A stretch of 64,000 nt of DNA, taken from Octopus vulgaris. Taxonomy: Eukaryota. Location of the stretch: assembly GCA_951406725.2 (NCBI GenBank), contig OX597817.1, forward strand, positions 122,264,001 through 122,328,000. The letters run 5' to 3'. Position numbers and translations under genes: made by a program. Positions 12,834 through 26,470 of the stretch are shown piece by piece (position 1 is the stretch's first letter; the number at the start of each line of letters is the position of its first letter). The notes under the pieces were generated by a model. It saw only the letters and a program-made list of their open reading frames with translations, was not told the DNA's origin and searched no databases.

Positions 12834-15133
12834 AACATATTTCCATATATGTACTCCTGAAATTACCTTGAATATTTTTCTGTAATTCTACATCTCATGA
12901 ACATGTTATGTCTCTGAAATTCCCATAATATCATATATATTGCAACATAATGCTTTTCAATATTCTATTATGTAAGAGGAAAAAGATAAGTAAATGTTTG
13001 GGTTTGTATCCATTCTTTTCAATGATGTGTGCTTGTATTTACTTGTGATTTTAAGCACACACATCTAAGTATGCATTTATGATGGTTTTACTGGTAAGTA
13101 AAAAAAAATGTTTTTATATATAAATATGTAATTAGATATGAAGCACCCTCTCAATCTGTGTGTGTATGCTTGTATAAACACATACACACAAATATATATA
13201 TATATATACACAGAGAGTGAGAGAGAGAGAGAGAAAAAAAAAGATGGAAGAAGTGAGAAATTAGATGTGCATATATTGTGCATATATACATATATATAAT
13301 TATATTATATATGCATATACATATATATATATAATATTTATGTAATACTATAGATAAAGATGCATATGATGTTAATATGTAACATATATTTAGTATACAT
13401 ACATACACACATATCTGTTATATACATATATATATAAATTAAATGCATGTAATTTTATGCTTTTACACATGCACGCATATATAAGTATAAAATGTGCATA
13501 CATACATATACATCAGCATACATGTATTTTATATAGACATTTATGTATATATATATATCAGATAACATATGAGATACTATTCTGTTTTGCATAATTGATA
13601 TTAGAAATCATTGAATAGAGTAGATCATTTATTATATGTGTTCCTACATCTAAGAGTGTGTGTATATGTGTGTATGTAAGTGAGAGAAAGAGAGAGGAGA
13701 GAGAGAGAATTATACATTTCAGTGTATTAAAGTTTTCTTTATGTTTGTGAGGATGCGCTTGCATGAACGGAATTTTGTTTCTGGCTATTTAAAATATATT
13801 TAAATTGGGGATAAAATGTATTAGCCATGTATTTTATAGATAAATCATGCATTTTTATACAATACAAATATAAAGCATTTACAATACATAGAATCATATG
13901 ACAATATCTATTATAACATAAAGTTTTATTTAGCAATATCTGTGCAGCTGTATGATCACTTTCTATCTAAAAGAAGAAGGGGAAAAAATGAACATATATA
14001 TATATATATGTATAAAATACCAAATACGATGCTAATATCTTCTGTCATGTTACAAAACCATATTGATTCTGTGCATAACAATGATTTGTAATGAATTGGA
14101 GAAAAGAGGAACATTTTTTGCCAACCTCTGGTTCTGAAATATATTGAAATTCTATTTTATTTCTTATCAAATCTTTTGTAATGCTCTTACATAGATGGAA
14201 CAGCAATATTTAGAAATGAATATGTAGATATAAACATGATGGATGTTATTCATTTGTTGTTTGTAGATTCTTTAAAAGATATTACTGGATGTAGCTTATC
14301 CAAATAGTAAATACTCATTACATTTCTTGGCTTTTTAGAAAAAACATGTTCATTCTCACTATTTTTATTTGCTGCATTGTTTGTTTTCCAATAAATTTAA
14401 TCTATAATGATGTCTTAGTGTACCACAAGACATCATGACAGCCAAGTACTGCTCTACAGCATCACACTTTAATAAGCAGCATTTTTTAAATATTAAGACA
14501 AATAAGGGAACATCTTATCATTTTGTACATTGTGATCATATAGTATATTAGTATATTACCTATCAGAAGGGAAACAGCTAAGTCAAATATAACATTAGAA
14601 TACTAGCTCATAGGTCTTTCCTTTAAATTTCCCTGAAGATATTTTCTCCTGTATTTATATAGGACACATACTTCAATACATATCACTTCACTTTGTTGCT
14701 GAGAGAAGGTATTAGATTGTCTTTGAATGCACCTGATATTTCCCTTCTTGTTTTTTCTTTTTTTTATTTTTTGTTTAGTCAAGAGGAAAACCAGCATGCA
14801 TGATTGTACTCAGGGCTTCTGGGCTCATTGGTGGAAGGCAAGAATTTATTTTCAGACTGCTTATCGGATAACAAAGCTTTTGCAATAAAGTGACCTCTGC
14901 TAGAGGCATCAATTGACCAAGTATTCTTTGATGGTGCTACACTGAAGGGTGTATTATGTTTACCATTATATGCATTTCAAAACCAGGAGAAAATTTTACT
15001 TTTAATTTTCTTAACTCTATAAAACCAGAGTTAGACACAAAGGATTTGAATGTATAGGCATTTCTGTTTAGTAATATGTAGCGTGTGCACATCTAATAGA
15101 AATATTTTACTCAGGTAAAGTTTATGATGGTGT

Positions 15134-15458
15134 TTAACCCTTTAGCATTTTGTTGTGTGGACGCCTCCAGACGATGAAGTAGGCTAACCCAATATGTAGA
15201 TATAGAGGGAGAAGCCTAGACGTCAGAGTTGAGTAGAGGTCATCCGAACATGCGATATAACACATTTAAACCAGCCATATCCGGCCCAAGTATTCTATCT
15301 TGCTTTATGTTGAATCTAGCCAGACCCAAACTCACATGCCTACTTTACAATGTCATTCTAAACTAACGAATCACATTTTTTGAAATGCATGATCAATTCA
15401 AAACAATATGAATGAAGAAGCATTATATTTGGCAGAAATTTAAATGCAAAAAGGTTTA
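15134..15458. mobile_element. TTAA-CCCT (piggyBac-type) MITE, interrupted
   Basis: Starts ttaaccctttagcattt; homologous to 16228-16431 and 40775-41003, the latter ending aaagggttaa. Confidence 0.75.
15151..15262. mobile_element. 112-bp TG...CA element with 5-bp TSD (solo LTR / TRIM-like)
   Basis: Begins TGTTGTGT, ends ATATAACA, flanked by cattt (15146-15150 and 15263-15267). The paralogous MITE at 16228 shows the empty site gcatttaaacc. Confidence 0.7.
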
Positions 15459-16227
15459 TAAACCACAAGCAGCTAAAAGAGTACCTAACAAATTCATTGC
15501 TTACTAATGCTTACATATTGAATGATAACTTGTGACAAATACAAATGCACCATATAGAGCAATCATTAAAAGTATTAAAATTATAAACAGATTATATATA
15601 AAGAGAAAAATAAACAGAATGAAGTGTATTATACATGGTTGTTGAATGTATTGAACATGACTGAAATGTATTGTACATGATTGTTGAAACTAGTATTCTC
15701 AGACTGTCAGCTAAAGAGCCAATTATTCATGTGATGTCATTGGCTATGAGATATTCTGGGGATTCATGTGCTTAACTCTTCCTGGTTCATCTTATTGACA
15801 ATGGGGTATATATATATATATAGCAAGAAGGGTATCCAACCACAGAAAAATCCCTGCCTCAACAAATTCCACCTGGTATACAAGTATGGATTATGTGGGC
15901 ATTAAATGATGATGATGATGATGATGATGATGATATACAGCATTCTGCAGTAAAGTAAGATAGATATTAATGCAGTTTATAAATATTATATTAGGTAACA
16001 TAATTTTTATTAACTATTCAATCTTCTTAAGTGAAGCTAAAAGTAAGCCTGATTCCTGCCAAAAGTGATGACTACAGTATTATAGAAATATCTTAGATTA
16101 AGAAGGTAATTAAGGAAATGTATTGAAGAAATCAATGGTGTGAAACTGTGCAAATTAAAAACCATTGTTTCAATAGATAAGAGAAAATTAATCAGCTTTG
16201 ACTTACACATGACATTTGTAGACCCAG

Positions 16228-16431
16228 TTAAACCTTTGGCATTTAAACCAGTCATCTCCAGCCCAAATATTCTACAAACCAGCCAGATCTGACCTCTCAC
16301 ACTTACCTGAAAAGAAAATAAACAAACGTATCATTAGCATTTTGAAGCTATGAGATAATACATGATTAATTCAAAACAATGTGAATAAATAAGCAATACA
16401 TTTGTCAGCTATCTGAATGCTAAATGGTTAA
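16228..16431. mobile_element. TTAA-flanked piggyBac-type MITE
   Basis: ttaaacctttggcattt...gaatgctaaatggttaa; short TIRs with TTAA at both ends. Confidence 0.75.
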
Positions 16432-16908
16432 GAAAATATCTATGGAGAATTCTCTGAAAAGAAAAAAAAAGAAGAACTGGGTCAGTGTCTGTAGCAGGCT
16501 TCGGCCTAAAATTTGAAAGTGGGATCCATTATGTTCAATTTGGACATTTTTTGGTTAAGAAACTGATGGTTAATTTTCTTTGAATGATTATCAAGTTGAT
16601 GACTGATGTCATTAAATACATACATACACATATAAATATAAATAAATATATATCTATATATATATATATATATATATCATCATCATCATCATCGTTTAGC
16701 ATCCGTTTTCCATGCTAGCATGGGAAAACCACTATTATGCAACTCAAACAGTGAGAGACATAAATCAAACCATAAATAACAAATAAAATATATTTTTATA
16801 CAACATATAACTAGATCTCAAAAAGTATAAAAATGAATGATCAATTCATAATAAGTAAAAAAACTACGTGCGTTTCATGGTTACAATTAAATTCGAATAT
16901 ATATATAT

Positions 16909-16939
<31 letters not shown>

Positions 16940-16942
<3 letters not shown>

Positions 16943-17152
16943 AAGTTAATCCAAACAACAAAACACAAAAAACACACAACACGAGGACGTGGAACAAATA
17001 TAGTATTAGTGGACACTCAGGAAAGAAGGAAAGAAGGAGGGTTTAACGTTTCGAGCGGAGCTCTTCGTGGGAAACATAGGAAAAGGAAAGATCCAGAGAA
17101 GGGAAGAAAGAGGAAAAAAAATCGCCAACGGTACACATGAGGTCACATTTTG
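16940..17152 (-). mobile_element. Penelope-like non-autonomous fragment with minimal hammerhead fold
   Basis: Minus strand 17075-17041 reads GUUU CCCACGA A GAGC-UCC-GCUC GAAAC GUU AAAC. Embedded in (TA)n. Confidence 0.6.
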
Positions 17153-17967
17153 ATATATATATAAATACATATACACACACACAAATATATGAATAAAAAA
17201 ATAAATGAATAAAAATTTAGCTATTTAAATTTCACTAAGGCACTTGATGATGTCAGCAGGAGTTGATGGCAATCAGTCAACCCTAATGTAAAGTCATTCA
17301 AGAAGGCAGAGGGCAGAGAATAGAAAGAAAGGGGAAACTAGAATGCAGACAAGCATTCATGACAGTTGCCATTCAATGCCAGCTGTTTACATTGACAGCT
17401 AGACTTGTCAAAATAAAAATCTACAACACAAATTATTTGAATGGCTACTAACACTATGGAAGACGGTATTCATATTTCACTTACTCTCTCTCTATCATCT
17501 CTGTCTCTTGATCATTCGTTCATAACACACATAACTACAGAATTCGTGCACAAGTACATCACTGAATGAAATGGACTTCTCCTATGCTTTCCCTGTAGTT
17601 CCCTATCAGACTGTTATGTTTGATTCCATCTCTAATAGCATATGATGCATTGAAACTTCTCTCTTGTTCATCAACGACTCCCATCAGTCATCATCCTATT
17701 GAGCAACAGAGTTGCAAATGACATTTGCTGACCAAATGAAAGGAGCTTCTATAGAATTCTCAAGGAAGAATAATGATAATTGGGTCACTACAAATGACTT
17801 TAGAGTCAAAGGAAATTCAAAAGGTGGCATTGAGAATTGCTATATTGCTCTTGTCACTTAGCTCAGAGAGTAAAGAGATATTCCTGCTACATGTGACCCA
17901 TTTACATCAAGCCTGGCAGTTAGAGAGATTTAAGTGATGTGGGTTAAAATACTCCAAAGTTACATAT

Positions 17968-18135
17968 CTTTTACCTTTTATTTATTTCAGTCTGTGGCCA
18001 TGCTGGAATACCACTATAAAAGATTTAGTTGAACAAATTGACCCCAGCACTTAGCATTTTAAAACCTGGTATATTCTATTGGTCTCTTTTATCAAACTGT
18101 TAAGTTATGAGCATGTGTCACAAACACAGAGATGC
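17968..18135 (-). mobile_element. SINE family A, 3' fragment
   Basis: tttcagtctgtggccatgctgga..ttagttgaacaaattgaccccag, homologous to the 8441 copy. Confidence 0.7.
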
Positions 18136-18186
18136 ACAGGCACAACTTTTCTCATATTTAAAATGTGATATTGTTTTTGTTATCTA

Positions 18187-18687
18187 CAAGGGTGAGTCAA
18201 AAAGTAATGCCATTTTGTTTAGGACAGGTATAATTACTAATACAGGAACATGTATCATACATCTATATGAAGCTGGTCCTCTGTAGATCACATCCCTACT
18301 TCTCGACATAGTTACCTTCGAATAAGAGCATGTATCGCTGCCCTGTAAAATTCTGTTGACTAGTCTTTGAGCCAATTCTGCACTACAGTTTTCACTTCAT
18401 CATCACTGGACTATCATCGTCACTGGACTATCATCTTCACTGGACTATCATCTCTTTGGCCCCATGAAAGAGGGTTAAAGAGGCAAACATTATTCCAGTG
18501 ACAAGAAAGTGAAAACATGCTCGCATTCAAAGGTGAAACATTGCTATTGAGAGAAACTGTGACTATGTTGAGAAGTAGGGATGTGATTCACAGAGGACCA
18601 GCTTCATTTTGATGTACGATACATGTTCCTGTGTTGGTAATTATACCTGTCCTAAACAAAATGGCATTAATTTTTGACTCACTCTCG
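18187..18687. mobile_element. Mariner-derived MITE with ~125-bp TIRs and TA TSD
   Basis: TA|caagggtgagtcaaaaagtaatgcc...ggcattaatttttgactcactctcg|TA. Internal frame DYHLFGPMKEG*RGKHYSSD..DYVEK* is a mariner C-terminus. Also a 3x17-bp tandem at ~18403-18453. Confidence 0.9.
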
Positions 18688-18866
18688 TATATTCCAAAAA
18701 TGGAGCTTTGTATCTTTGTTAAAAACCAGCTCCTTCTTCAGAGGAAAAATTTAAATGATTAAATACAGAAGAGACATATATAGGTAGATTGATACATACA
18801 TACTTACAAACATACATGCATACATACACATGTACATACATACGTACATATTTACCTACATACATA

Positions 18867-19109
18867 AAAAAAAAACTAAATGTGCCCTTTTTAAAGCCTA
18901 GCCAGGCTCATGGGCCCGGTTTCTAGGTTTCTATGGTGTATGTGTTCCCCAGCTGGATGGGACGCCAGTCCATCGCAGCATTACTCATTTTTGCCAGCTG
19001 AGTGAACTGGAGCAACGTGAAATGAAGTGTTTTGGTCAAGAACACAACGCATCACCCAGTCCAGGAATTGAAACCTCAATCTTATGATCATGATGCTGAC
19101 ACCCTAACC
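18867..19109 (-). mobile_element. tRNA-derived SINE (family E head, CORE-like + V-like modules)
   Basis: Minus strand reads gtggaagcacatggcttagtggttagg..ttgtgttcttgaccaaaacacttcatttcacgttgctccagttcactcagctg..gcgatggactggcgtcccatccagctgggg. Confidence 0.8.
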
Positions 19110-19367
19110 ACTAAGCCATGTGCTTCCACACCTACATACATACATGTATATTATTCTTTAACAAGAATAGTATTGGTGAATCTATTCTCAATCAAAGCAT
19201 TTGAAGCACCAAATCCTGTTAGCATGAAGTAGTCCCTTGTGGGAGAACTAAATGGGAAATCAAATAAGAACCTGTCCCTATTGAACAGAGATAGTGTAAG
19301 GGCATTTAGTGATGAAGAGAAAAGTTTAATGATGGTGATTCTGTAATATGATAGATGTTGGTAATTT

Positions 19368-19570
19368 TAGGTGTGAAGGTAGCAGAATTGTTAGCATGCT
19401 GGGTAAAATGCTCTGGGGTATTCCTTTCATCTTTACATTCTGAGTTCAAATTCCACCAAGGTCATCACATTTCTTCATTCTGGGTCTGATAATACATGTA
19501 AGAGTTGAGCACTGGGGTCAATGCAATTGATTTCCCAACCCCACAAAATCGCTGGCCACATGCCAAAATA
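19368..19570 (+). mobile_element. SINE family B, degenerate
   Basis: gcagaattgttagcatgctgggtaaaatgc..ttctgagttcaaattcc..cactggggtcaatg. Confidence 0.7.
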
Positions 19571-20293
19571 AGAATATTTTTGTATTTTAGTCAAAAACAC
19601 TTATAACTTGGCCATCTCCTCTTAGAAAGAATTTTTCTCAGCGACACACTGGAAGCAGTTGATTCACATATCAAATAACTTCACTATTAGCCAAGACAAT
19701 TAGTTTCATCAAGAATACTGTAATGTATATTGTAAAGTTTAATTAGCTAATTTATGCTTGATTTCCCTCATAAATAATACTTCTCTATTTTCAGTTGACT
19801 TAATAATGAATTCTAGCTTTATTAGTTGCAATGTAGCTGATAGAATTATGCATAGACATGTCTAGCATTGTATATGATCATAGTAATTCATTAATACAGT
19901 TTATATGATCGTCTGTGTGTATGTATATGTGTGGTAGATGGAAAACAAGAGAGAGTGAGTGAGTGGGGGGTAGAGATAAAGAGTGATAGTGTGAAAGATA
20001 GACAAAAGGAGTGAGAAACTGAAGAAGAGAGAGAGAAGAAAAGAGAAAGAAAGTTAGAAAGAAATTGCTAATGTAAACTTACTTTGGTGTAGCACAGGTT
20101 TGTAACATTGGCACAAGGCTACAAATATGGTAAAGAAGTACAGGCGATCAAATTGACCCAAGTCCTTGATGAGAACTTGCTTTAATGGTTTCCTCCTCCC
20201 ATGATAAACGATGAAATGCCAAGGTGATGAGATATGAACTCATAAAATAAAGTGATGTAACTAAACATTACAAGGCATTTTAATCTATCAGCT

Positions 20294-20665
20294 TATCATC
20301 ATCATCATCATTTAACGTCCATTTTCCATGCTAGCATGGGTTGGACGGTTCGACTGGGAAGCCATGAGGCTGCAACAGGCTTCAGTCTGATCTGGCAGTG
20401 TTTCTACAGCTTGATGCCCTTCCTAATGCCAACCACTCCGTGAGGGTAGTGGGTGCTTTTTACATGCCACCGGCACAGATGCCAGGGGAGGCTGGCAATG
20501 ACCATGATCAGCTGGTGCTTTTTATGTGCCACCAGCACAGAAGCCAGTCAAGGTGGTGCTGGCATTAGCCATGTTCAGATGATGCTTTTTACGTGCCACT
20601 GGCACAGGTATCACCACTACAATTTCTATTTGATTTTTATTTTGATGTTGATGTACTTGACAAAA
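20294..20665 (-). mobile_element. Family C (GAT)n-tailed retroposon with internal ~65-bp repeats
   Basis: (CAT)n-ttaacgtccattttccatgctagcatgggttggacgg..gatgcccttcctaatgccaacc, then three gtgctttttac.tgccac modules. Confidence 0.85.
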
Positions 20666-23142
20666 TAAAAAACTATCATTTCTTATGTAATACATATATT
20701 TTTGGACTAGATATGAATGTTCATCTCTTTTAGGGTTTAGGAAAAAAAAATTACTTTTATGCTATAGAAGTGAAGTGCTTTCAACAGAAACTGAAATCAC
20801 TTTTTGGTTCTTATTCTATCTTCCTCATCTTGTCCTTTTTTGTTTATTTTACTGAGAACAAGAACCCCAAAGTACCAGATATTTATTATTTAAAATATAA
20901 GTATAAGGATTACGATATTCATGGCTTTTCCAAGCTGCAGAATGACTGATTAGAAACAGTTCCCATCAGAAATCAGAACAACGAAACTATTCTGACTGAT
21001 AGGTTGCTTACTTCTTGATAATCACTCCTTGCAGCAAATTTTAGCCATGGCGTACATCTATTGTGAGGGATTCATTACTGAATAGAAAAGAAAGTGAAAG
21101 TATAGAATCTGAAGAAACTAGTGATGATTTCTGGCAGCAAAATACAGTTAATAAAATTTGCAATATAAAATAGATTGGTGCATTGTGAAAAGAGGAAATT
21201 TAGAGATTTCCGACAGAATTGTATTCTAAAGAAATATCATGTGGGCTAAAAGGCACTTAAGCCATTGGCCTGCAATTTTCTTCCTATCTAATATATTCAC
21301 TTTTTTTTTCCTTTTTTACACCTTTTCTTTAATACATTTTTTTCTTTTTTTGCATCTTTCAAGATCGTTTTGAACTCAATTCTAATTCTAATTTCTTCAA
21401 AACTGCCCAAAACTTGATGAAATCAAATTACTACAAGACACATGAACTTGTTTTATTTTTTAATCGTCTTTGACAAAAAGACAACTTATTGTCATTTTGA
21501 AAGAGAAGCAAATAAGTGTCTATATTTTTGTTAAATTATATACATAAATGTGTGTGTGTGTACGTGCATGTGTGTGTATATATATATATATGTATGTCCA
21601 ACCCATGCTAGCATGGAAAACGGACGTTAAACGATGATAATGATGATGATGATAAATAGATAAATAGATAGGTAGATAGATAGTGAGTAGGTGAAAGCAA
21701 GTTCATAGGTAATAGAGTAGTACTCAAATCGATGGGAACTTAAACTCCAGCTTCCTTAGCCAGGGTCAATGCTGCTGTATTGAAAGCTGACTATAAGAAC
21801 AATCTTTTCTGTGCTTCTATGAAGGTAATAAGGAAGATATGCACAGGTAGACTTGAGATGTATAATTACATGTAACATAAAAAATACAGATTTCAGAATA
21901 AGAAAAGGATAAAAGAACAGAAGAATTATGTTAAATCTTATCTCAATTTCTGTTCCAAGATGGCTATAACTTACATAATAAAAAATATTCACATGCTATA
22001 AGTATGTGCATGATGTCATAGGTATGTATAATGAGACATGTCCCTATGAAATTGTCCCTTCTCAAGAGCAAAGTGGCAAATGTATATTTTCTAGCAATGT
22101 TTATAAACATGAAGGTTTGAAGAGAGCCAAGTCAAGTAGTGAGGGAGAGATGGGAGAAAGTGGAGGGAACAATCAAATAGAAGCAGGGAGGAAGGCAGAA
22201 ACAAAATGTAGATATTACTTGAAAAGACTAGGCATAAAGAAGATAAAGCTAGAAACAGGTGAAAGAAATGTTGTCGGTTCAAAATAGTGGGACACCAAAG
22301 ATAAATCAGTTAAGTACAACAGAGGCAAGGAACAGAGTAGCATGGATAGGTGTTGTAGTAAGGGAGTGGAAGGTTAGTAAAAGAAGATATGGTTAGGGAA
22401 AGAAAATTTTTGCTAAGACAATGTAAAATTATAATGATTTTACATAGTGAGCAAAGGTCCTGTAGAATTTATGTCTACAAGCAGAGATTACATCAGGGAA
22501 TTGGTTAAATAAAGGTCTCACTTTGTTGTTGCACAGTGAATGGCTCCTAGAAACATAATTTACAAATGCAATGATTTGTATTATGTGGGGTTCCACCACA
22601 AATTATAGACCAGGATAAGGTGGAAGGTGTGTTCTGGTCCTTGTCACAGTGATCTTAGGTGACAAAGGAGGTAGATTGTTTAGAAGCCATATATGTTAGA
22701 AGCTCATGTGTTCAAGGTAGCATTGCTTCAGGTAGATCATTCCACAATGTTGACTCCAGCCTGATAAGAATGTAGGGTTGTGACTGTACATTTAGCACAA
22801 TGTTATAATGCAAGTAATTGATGTCGAGAGGACAATTTGTGAAACTTGATAACTACAGGTTTTCCCAACACCAAGCGATCAAGGCTCAAAATATCCTATC
22901 ATAGTCTGTACCATCATTCATTATATAGGTAGAAGCAGAGGTGTTAGGGCTACTATTATTAAGGAAGGTTTTGCATATTTAGGGAAAAGTATGTCGGGTT
23001 TATGATTATTTCTAATACATGGACCTAGTCCATAGGAGTTGATGATAATATTAATTCTGGTACTGAGACAACTCACATTGGGAGAATTTGCACTTCAAAG
23101 GTCAAAAATACAGTCTACAACATTACAGGTATTGATAGATGT

Positions 23143-23445
23143 AGGTGCAGGTCTGGCTGTGTAGTAAGATTTTTGTTTCCCAATCACATGGTCCTGCGTT
23201 CAGTCCCACTGCATTGCACCTTGGGTAAGTGTTCTCAAATATGGTTGTAAATAGATATCACTCTCATAAAAGAAGTGCCATTCATTTCCAGTATTCTGTG
23301 AAAAAATGTCTGGCCATGGTGAAATATTACTTGGAGAAGGTTGGTTACAGGAAGGGCATCAAGCCATAGAAAACCTGCCTCAAATACTCTGTTCGACCTA
23401 TGCAAGCATTTGAAAGTGGACATTAAAAGGATGATGATAATGATG

Positions 23446-23446
<1 letters not shown>
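23143..23446 (+). mobile_element. Composite SINE: family A head joined to a (GAT)n tail module
   Basis: 23143-23236 is the A head/CORE. 23240-23446 contains ggaagggcatc and ends aaaaggatgatgataatgatg. Confidence 0.65.
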
Positions 23447-23491
<45 letters not shown>

Positions 23492-23740
23492 CAAAAAAGA
23501 AAATGGAGGAACAGATTCCTTTCAATCATCGACTTACAGATATTACCAATTCATATTATTTATTAACTACTTAAATAGGAACATCCAAATCCAACAGAAT
23601 AAAACAATATACATCAATAAGTAAGATAATACCATAAAAATAATACACATAAAATGGATCTTACAGCTGTTTCAGCCCGTAGATAAAGGTATCTCATTGT
23701 GCCTATATTAGTCAGATGTATTGAGGTAATATGCAATCTC

Positions 23741-23791
<51 letters not shown>

Positions 23792-23805
23792 ATACATACA
23801 TATAT

Positions 23806-23935
23806 ATAGTTGAAAGTTACAGAAAAACAAAAGACGAAGACAAGTGTACAAACAACAAACAGGTGTATTAGTTTAATGCTCAGAAAGTCTTTTATGTTTT
23901 GAGCCTATGATCTTCAACAGAAAGGAACAGGAACA
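23806..23935 (-). mobile_element. Penelope-like terminus with decayed minimal hammerhead
   Basis: Minus strand 23924-23889 reads CUUU CUGUUGA A GAUC-AUAG-GCUC AAAAC AUA AAAG, a decayed version (mainly CpG transitions) of the 17041-type fold. A more degenerate copy lies at 28322-28430. Confidence 0.55.
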
Positions 23936-24679
23936 CGAGGAAATAAGGCTGTTTCTCCATAGCTCCCTCCTCAATGCATAGTGCTTGATAATTAATTATG
24001 TTTATATCTAAACAGTTTTAGACAGAAGATGGTTAGATAGTAACTGAGAATAGGTTTTTTGTTAAAACTGCATAATGACACTTAAAAAAAAGGATGAATG
24101 GAGGTAAACAATAAATCTAAACTGTTCAAAAGAAACAGAAGGAAGATAATAGAAGAATAAATAGTACATATTTTTGCTACTGTATCAGCTGATTGGATAC
24201 TGAAATCTTTTGGAAACCATAGATATTTTCTATTCCCATTAATTTTTAGTTCAGTTTCAGTAATTCTAGCTATTTATGCAAAATTTACATGGTCCTTACA
24301 TATATCCCCAATCCTCATATGCGATTTGAACTTATCACCACCATAAAGATCAAAAGATGGATGCATGGAATATTTGTTATTGAATTTGCATTTTGGGCAT
24401 AAATATGCATAATGGAATAAATATGCATAAATAGATTCTTCTAAAGAAAGACTAGTTTGAAAAGGAAATTTTTTTCAGCTTTCCCAAGATATGCAGAAAC
24501 ACACACACACACATACATATATTTATTTACTCTACTAAAAAGAGAAGTTAAAGTAGTTTATGAATGAAGAAGAATTTATTTGTTCCAATATATTCCAAAG
24601 TATGTTTATATTTCTAAAATATTTGATCATTGTGCACAGAGTACTTTTATCTACCTGTCTACCTATCTATCTATCTTTA

Positions 24680-24955
<276 letters not shown>

Positions 24956-25235
24956 TGCATATGTGACAATGTGTGCATATATGCAGCAATATTTCTTTCT
25001 TCATCATAGATGAATTATTCTCTTGGATTAAGTGTATAACACAGACTTAAGTAAGTTTGATTTAACAGATGTAAAATGGAAGCAAGTTGGTAAAATAAAA
25101 CTCGCATAAAACATATTATAAATAGGAAATCAATGGTTCTATTGTACTTATTGTATTCTAACAATCGCGACTACTTTTAGGACTCGTACGTTATTTAATA
25201 TGAACTGCCTTGTTGATAAAATGCATTTGTACAAG

Positions 25236-25281
<46 letters not shown>

Positions 25282-25398
25282 CAAAACCACAATCATTCCA
25301 TTTAAGTCTATATACATTCTTCAATAATGTAAAGAAGAGTTTAGATGGTATACCATTATATATTTTTTCTCCAATTATTCATCCTAAAAAAAAGTATT

Positions 25399-25429
<31 letters not shown>

Positions 25430-26033
25430 TGGTAATGTTGATAATAATGATAAATAATTGCTGTTCTGCTGTATATTTAGAAATATTGCATTACTATTGG
25501 TATGTGGATGTGGATTCAGATAAAGTAAATAAAAATAATTCTCAAAAAATAAAAAATAAACAGCCATCCTAACCGCCCCCACACACACACACACACTTCC
25601 TCCGAGCCATCTCACTACCTTTCAGCTACGATTATTCTATTTCCTTTTATTTATCCAGTGCTAGAGTGCTAAATATTCTCATTCTCTAGTTAGATAATGA
25701 AAACATATATAGTTTGGAACATCCAGACTATTTTAAGTTTGCTTGTCATATCACTCTTATCAATTTTTTTTTTTATTTATTTATCTATTTATTTATCTTA
25801 TATATTTATTTATTTATTTTTATGATTGAATCTGAGATCATATTTGGTCTAATTTGACCGAAACAACTTCCTTATCTTTGTGATGCTAAACTTTCCTAAC
25901 AAAATAGCTTTTTCTGTTCTTACTACCATTCTCCAGAGATTATGTTTCTTACTAAGTTAAGGCTTTTATTTTTCTTATCCAATTCCACATTCCTATTAGT
26001 ATCATTATATTCAACTCTGAGTAATCATGCAGA

Positions 26034-26067
<34 letters not shown>

Positions 26068-26085
26068 GAAACAACAACAACAATC

Positions 26086-26132
<47 letters not shown>

Positions 26133-26470
26133 AATAATAATGATGATGATGTTGATAATAATAATAATAAAACAAAAGTCATCTAACCTATTTTCAACAA
26201 AATTAACAACGCTCATTTCTTTTTCCATTCTCACTTTCCATTCTCAGATAAGATAAAAATATATGAGTAGAGAAATGGTTTGAAAATTTGACTCCATCCT
26301 TCACAAATCTAATTGTGAAGAATTTCTCAGACAAATGCAAAGTAATCCAAAGTGATAGGCATAGATTTTCATCTATTTGGGGGTTGATGAAATAAGTACT
26401 AGTCAAGTATTGGGATTGAAAGTCACTCTAACCCACTAAAATCAGGCCTTGTGCCTATTGTAGAAAGAAT

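Noticed and set aside
14779-14890. Plus-strand acceptor followed by short open frames
   Set aside because: No recognisable protein and no canonical donor nearby.
22600-23030. Possible LINE ORF2 C-terminus on the minus strand (TLWNDLPE)
   Set aside because: Only one short motif is recognisable; too decayed to call.
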